A DNA stretch of 64,000 nucleotides, taken from NCBI GenBank assembly GCA_945865325.1, contig CAMBFA010000002.1, forward strand, positions 9,035-73,034, given 5' to 3'. The DNA comes from Candidatus Kuenenia stuttgartensis. GTDB lineage: Bacteria > Planctomycetota > Planctomycetia > Pirellulales > UBA1268. Of this stretch, positions 61,053 through 64,000 are shown in pieces. The notes beneath the pieces are model-generated. The model did no database searches. It saw nothing but the letters and a program-made list of their open reading frames with translations, and was not told the DNA's origin. The first letter of the stretch is position 1; each line of letters starts with the position of its first letter. The position numbers and the translations under genes are program-made.

Positions 61053-63980
61053 TCAGGAGAGGAGCAATTCGACATCCTCGGGCGTGAGCGTCGAGATCAT
61101 GTTTTCATCGGCGCGGACGATCGATTCGGCAAGATCGCGTTTGCGGTCCTGGAGGGCGAGGATCTTCTCCTCGACGGTGTCGCGGGCGATGAGGCGATAG
61201 GCGAACACCCTCCGTGTCTGGCCGATGCGGTGGGCACGGTCGACGGCCTGGGCCTCGACGGCGGGGTTCCACCAGGGATCGAGGATGTAGATGTAGTCGG
61301 CCGCCGTGAGGTTGAGCCCTTGCCCGCCGGCCTTGAGGCTGACGAGGAACAGTCGGCAATCGGGATCGTCCTGGAAGTGGGCGACGCGGGCCTGGCGATC
61401 GGTCGTCTTCCCGTCGAGGTATTCGTAGGGGATCGAGCGGGCTTCGAGCTGCCTGCGGACGATCGCCAGAAAACTGGTGAACTGGCTGAAAACGAGGACC
61501 TTGTGCCCTTCGGCAAGCACCTCGTCGAGCTGCGCGAGGAGCGTATCGAGCTTGGCGGCCGGCTCGTCGATCCGGGCGGCATCGACGAGGCCGGGATGGC
61601 AGGCGGTCTGCCGCAGCCGGAGGAGCGCCTCGAGGACGGCGATCCGCGAGCGGCCGATTCCCATCCTGCCGATCCGCCCCGACAGCTCCTGGCGGTAGTG
61701 CTCGCGGAGCTCGTCGTAAACCCTGCGCTGGGTCTCGCCGAGCTCGCAGAAGATCGTCTGCTCCGTCTTCTCCGGGAGGTCGGAGAGGACCTGCGACTTG
61801 GTGCGGCGGAGGAGGAAGGGGCGCACCGCCCGGGCCACGACCTCCGCGGCGCTCCCTCCCCGGCCGCCGGAGAGAAAGCGTTTGAGTCGGGCCGCGCTGC
61901 CGAGCTGGCCGGGATTGAGGAATTCGAAGATGCTCCACAGCTCACCGATGTGGTTCTCGACCGGCGTGCCGGTGAGCGCCAGGCGGTGACGGGCCCGGAG
62001 CAGGCGGCAGGCCTTCGCGGCCTGACTGCCGGCATTTTTGATCGACTGCGCTTCGTCGAGGACGATGTAGTCAAACTCGACTTCCCGATGCCGCATGATG
62101 TCGCGGCGCAGCGTGCCGTACGTCGTGAGGACGAGATCAGCGTCGGCGAGCGACTCCGACCCCTCAGTCCGCTGGTTCCCGGTGTGGTTGACGACGCGGA
62201 GGGCGGGGCCGAACTTCGCCGCCTCCTCGATCCAGTTGAAGACCAGGCTCTTCGGAACGATGACGAGCGAGGGGCGGTGGGCCAGCCCACCGGCCGTCAC
62301 GACCTCGCGGCGACGGACGAACATCGCCAGCACCTGGATCGTCTTGCCGAGACCCATGTCGTCGGCGAGGCAGCCGCCGAGCCCCATCCGTTCGAGGAAC
62401 GTCAGCCAGCCGAGCCCTTCCCGCTGGTAATGGCGGAGCGTCCCCTTGAAGCCCTCCGGTTCGTTCTCGGCCTCCGGCCGCTCGCCCCGGGCCAGCTCGC
62501 TGCGGATCCGGTCGAACGCCTCGTCAACATGCGACTGCGGCTGACCGGCGAGGAGGGCGTCGAGGAGCGCTACCTGGATGCGGCCGTAGCGCAGCCGCCC
62601 GTCGTGCTTCTGGGCCAGTGCCACCATCGGCTCGAACTGGGCCGCGAAGCCGTCAGGGAGGATGCCGAGCGAGCCGTCGGGGAGTTCTACGGTGCGGTCG
62701 CCCCGAACCAGGGCCTCGAGGAGCGCCGGCATTTCGGCGGTCACGCCGCCAAAGTCGACAGACCCGGAAAGTTCGAACCAGTCGATCCCGCTGGTGACAT
62801 TCCAAGCCACGCTCCCGGCGGGACGGTAGCGTCGCCCGGCGACCTCCACGGCCCATCCGGCAGCGGCAAGTTGAGGAACGGAGGAGTCGAGCCGGGCGCG
62901 GGGGATCTCGACGTGGTGCGTGACCGGTTCCCCCTCGACCTCGGCCCGGGCCGCCGTAGCCCCGAAGCGGGGGAGCATTGCCAGCGCCTCGCGTTCGGCC
63001 GCCCGGTTGCGGCGGACGAACACGCGCCGCTCGGCGTCAGCCGCCCCCCCCGCCGGATCGTCGGCCTCGATCAGCATCCCGCCGTATTCGAACCACACCC
63101 GTCCGGCGAGCTGAACCCTCGGCACCGACCGGCGTCGGCCGCGCCTGGCCGCGCCGTCGGGGTCGGCGTCGTCGTCGGTCGTGGTGACGGCCCGGGAGTC
63201 GTCGAGAACGAGCTTCGGCCGGGGCGTCCCCGACTCGATCCGCCAGCCGGTCCAGGAGGGGAGGAGGATCCGCGGCACGTCGGCCAGCGACGCCAGCCTT
63301 TCGATGAGGCCGTCGGACTGGGATCCGGCCAGCTCGATCGGGCCACGGCGCTCGAATTGATGGAGCCAGCCGGCCGCCTGGGAGTTGCCAGGGGATTCGC
63401 CCAGCGCGAGTCGGCAAATCCGGTCAGCGAAGACCACCAACCCAGCCCGGAGGATGGCCCGCGGCTCGCGGATGTCGCGCCGTTCGCTCCCGCGCACAAG
63501 CATGCCCCGAAGCGTCGCCTTTCCGGGGCGCGGAAGTGGGGCGGGACTGTCGCTCTCGGCCATCTCCCGGAGCGTCTCCCCCCGCAGGATCGGCGGATCC
63601 TCCGGTTCGAGAACGAGGGCGAACTCCCACGCCCGGCCACCGTCCCACGCCAACGGCACGACGAGATCCGGATTGCGGCGCGGCTCTGGCTGAACGACGA
63701 GCCGGCCATGCTCGCAGAGCATCGCCACATGCTCGACCGCCGACTGGGCACTGATGGCGATCCGCGACACCGTCCGCCGCTCGAGCGGTTCTGGAGTGGC
63801 GGCGTCGGCCAGCAGGACGGTCCCCACAAGCCGGGCGAGGATGGCCCGCTCCTGGGCGTCGACCTGATCCCAGTCGGAATCAGCCGACGGCCCGGGGCCG
63901 ATGATCACCGGACGCGGGCGCCCGGTCGCATGCCCGGCGACGTCGAGCTGCATCCGGCAGGGGATGACCACCGCCGCCAC
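61053..63980 (-). CDS. SNF2/RapA-family helicase with about 480-aa uncharacterised N-terminal region (5' end may lie outside the window)
   Basis: LRHYQREGLGWL, LADDMGLGKTIQ, LDEAQSIKN, LTGTPVENH, FSQFTSFL, GGQGLNLTAADYIYILDPWWNP. The frame remains open from 63980 to the window edge. ATG 63953 is another candidate start. Confidence 0.9.
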   Translation of the reverse strand: MAAVVIPCRMQLDVAGHATGRPRPVIIGPGPSADSDWDQVDAQERAILARLVGTVLLADAATPEPLERRTVSRIAISAQSAVEHVAMLCEHGRLVVQPEPRRNPDLVVPLAWDGGRAWEFALVLEPEDPPILRGETLREMAESDSPAPLPRPGKATLRGMLVRGSERRDIREPRAILRAGLVVFADRICRLALGESPGNSQAAGWLHQFERRGPIELAGSQSDGLIERLASLADVPRILLPSWTGWRIESGTPRPKLVLDDSRAVTTTDDDADPDGAARRGRRRSVPRVQLAGRVWFEYGGMLIEADDPAGGAADAERRVFVRRNRAAEREALAMLPRFGATAARAEVEGEPVTHHVEIPRARLDSSVPQLAAAGWAVEVAGRRYRPAGSVAWNVTSGIDWFELSGSVDFGGVTAEMPALLEALVRGDRTVELPDGSLGILPDGFAAQFEPMVALAQKHDGRLRYGRIQVALLDALLAGQPQSHVDEAFDRIRSELARGERPEAENEPEGFKGTLRHYQREGLGWLTFLERMGLGGCLADDMGLGKTIQVLAMFVRRREVVTAGGLAHRPSLVIVPKSLVFNWIEEAAKFGPALRVVNHTGNQRTEGSESLADADLVLTTYGTLRRDIMRHREVEFDYIVLDEAQSIKNAGSQAAKACRLLRARHRLALTGTPVENHIGELWSIFEFLNPGQLGSAARLKRFLSGGRGGSAAEVVARAVRPFLLRRTKSQVLSDLPEKTEQTIFCELGETQRRVYDELREHYRQELSGRIGRMGIGRSRIAVLEALLRLRQTACHPGLVDAARIDEPAAKLDTLLAQLDEVLAEGHKVLVFSQFTSFLAIVRRQLEARSIPYEYLDGKTTDRQARVAHFQDDPDCRLFLVSLKAGGQGLNLTAADYIYILDPWWNPAVEAQAVDRAHRIGQTRRVFAYRLIARDTVEEKILALQDRKRDLAESIVRADENMISTLTPEDVELLLS

Positions 63981-64000
63981 CGCATCCGCGGAGGCAGCGA

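Overview
This is a 64-kb high-GC bacterial chromosomal segment. The gene content suggests Planctomycetota: an orphan RpoA-alphaCTD-like gene, FGE, CotH, exosortase/EpsI, an RR-PP2C fusion and many Pro/Ala-rich low-complexity secreted proteins. That placement is inference only, since no searches were possible. Layout: (i) 1-2.9 kb holds a NuoL/DabB-like transporter subunit cut by the left edge. It is absent from the ORF track and I translated it by hand. It is divergent from an RR-phosphatase. (ii) 3.1-18.3 kb is the classical block tRNA-Thr/Tyr/Gly/Thr - tuf - tRNA-Trp - secE - nusG - rplKAJL - rpoBC. (iii) 18.4-29.2 kb is mixed: a secreted hypothetical, FGE, PolX, a Pro/Ala-rich secreted protein, an uncharacterised 3-4 gene cassette, and a UvrD/PcrA helicase. 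The cassette comprises an orphan alphaCTD-like protein, a 4-TM protein with an arrestin-like C-terminal domain, a soluble paralogous arrestin-like protein and a small P-loop NTPase. (iv) 29.2-36.1 kb is a same-strand envelope/EPS locus: fcl, EpsI, a fused Wzz/BY-kinase-like protein, exosortase and a prepilin-peptidase-like gene. A near-perfect 4 x 18-bp tandem repeat sits in the exosortase-Wzz spacer. (v) 36.5-47 kb contains an LPG-synthase-TM-like protein, NUDIX, YgfZ-like, XRE-like HTH, a 28-codon hydrophobic mini-ORF flanked by repeats, rdgB, a glycosyltransferase, a parvulin PPIase and scpB. (vi) 47-64 kb contains an extremely acidic 143-aa protein with its own SD and canonical terminator, an M28-PDZ peptidase, tRNA-Ser, a molybdopterin oxidoreductase, CotH, and a csrA - membrane protein - beta-CASP RNase - LOG unit. 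It ends with a PhoR/PhoB-like two-component pair and an SNF2 helicase running off the right edge. I saw no rRNA, CRISPR array, transposase or integrase. Many long ORFs in the supplied track are antisense or alternate-frame artefacts of high GC. Several real genes start well inside the listed ORF, and I re-derived those starts from the sequence. The best candidates for something undescribed are the arrestin-like/P-loop cassette (23.9-26.5 kb), the 18-bp repeat array inside the exosortase locus, and the poly-D/E protein. All functional calls rest on motif recognition from memory and need HMM or structure searches.
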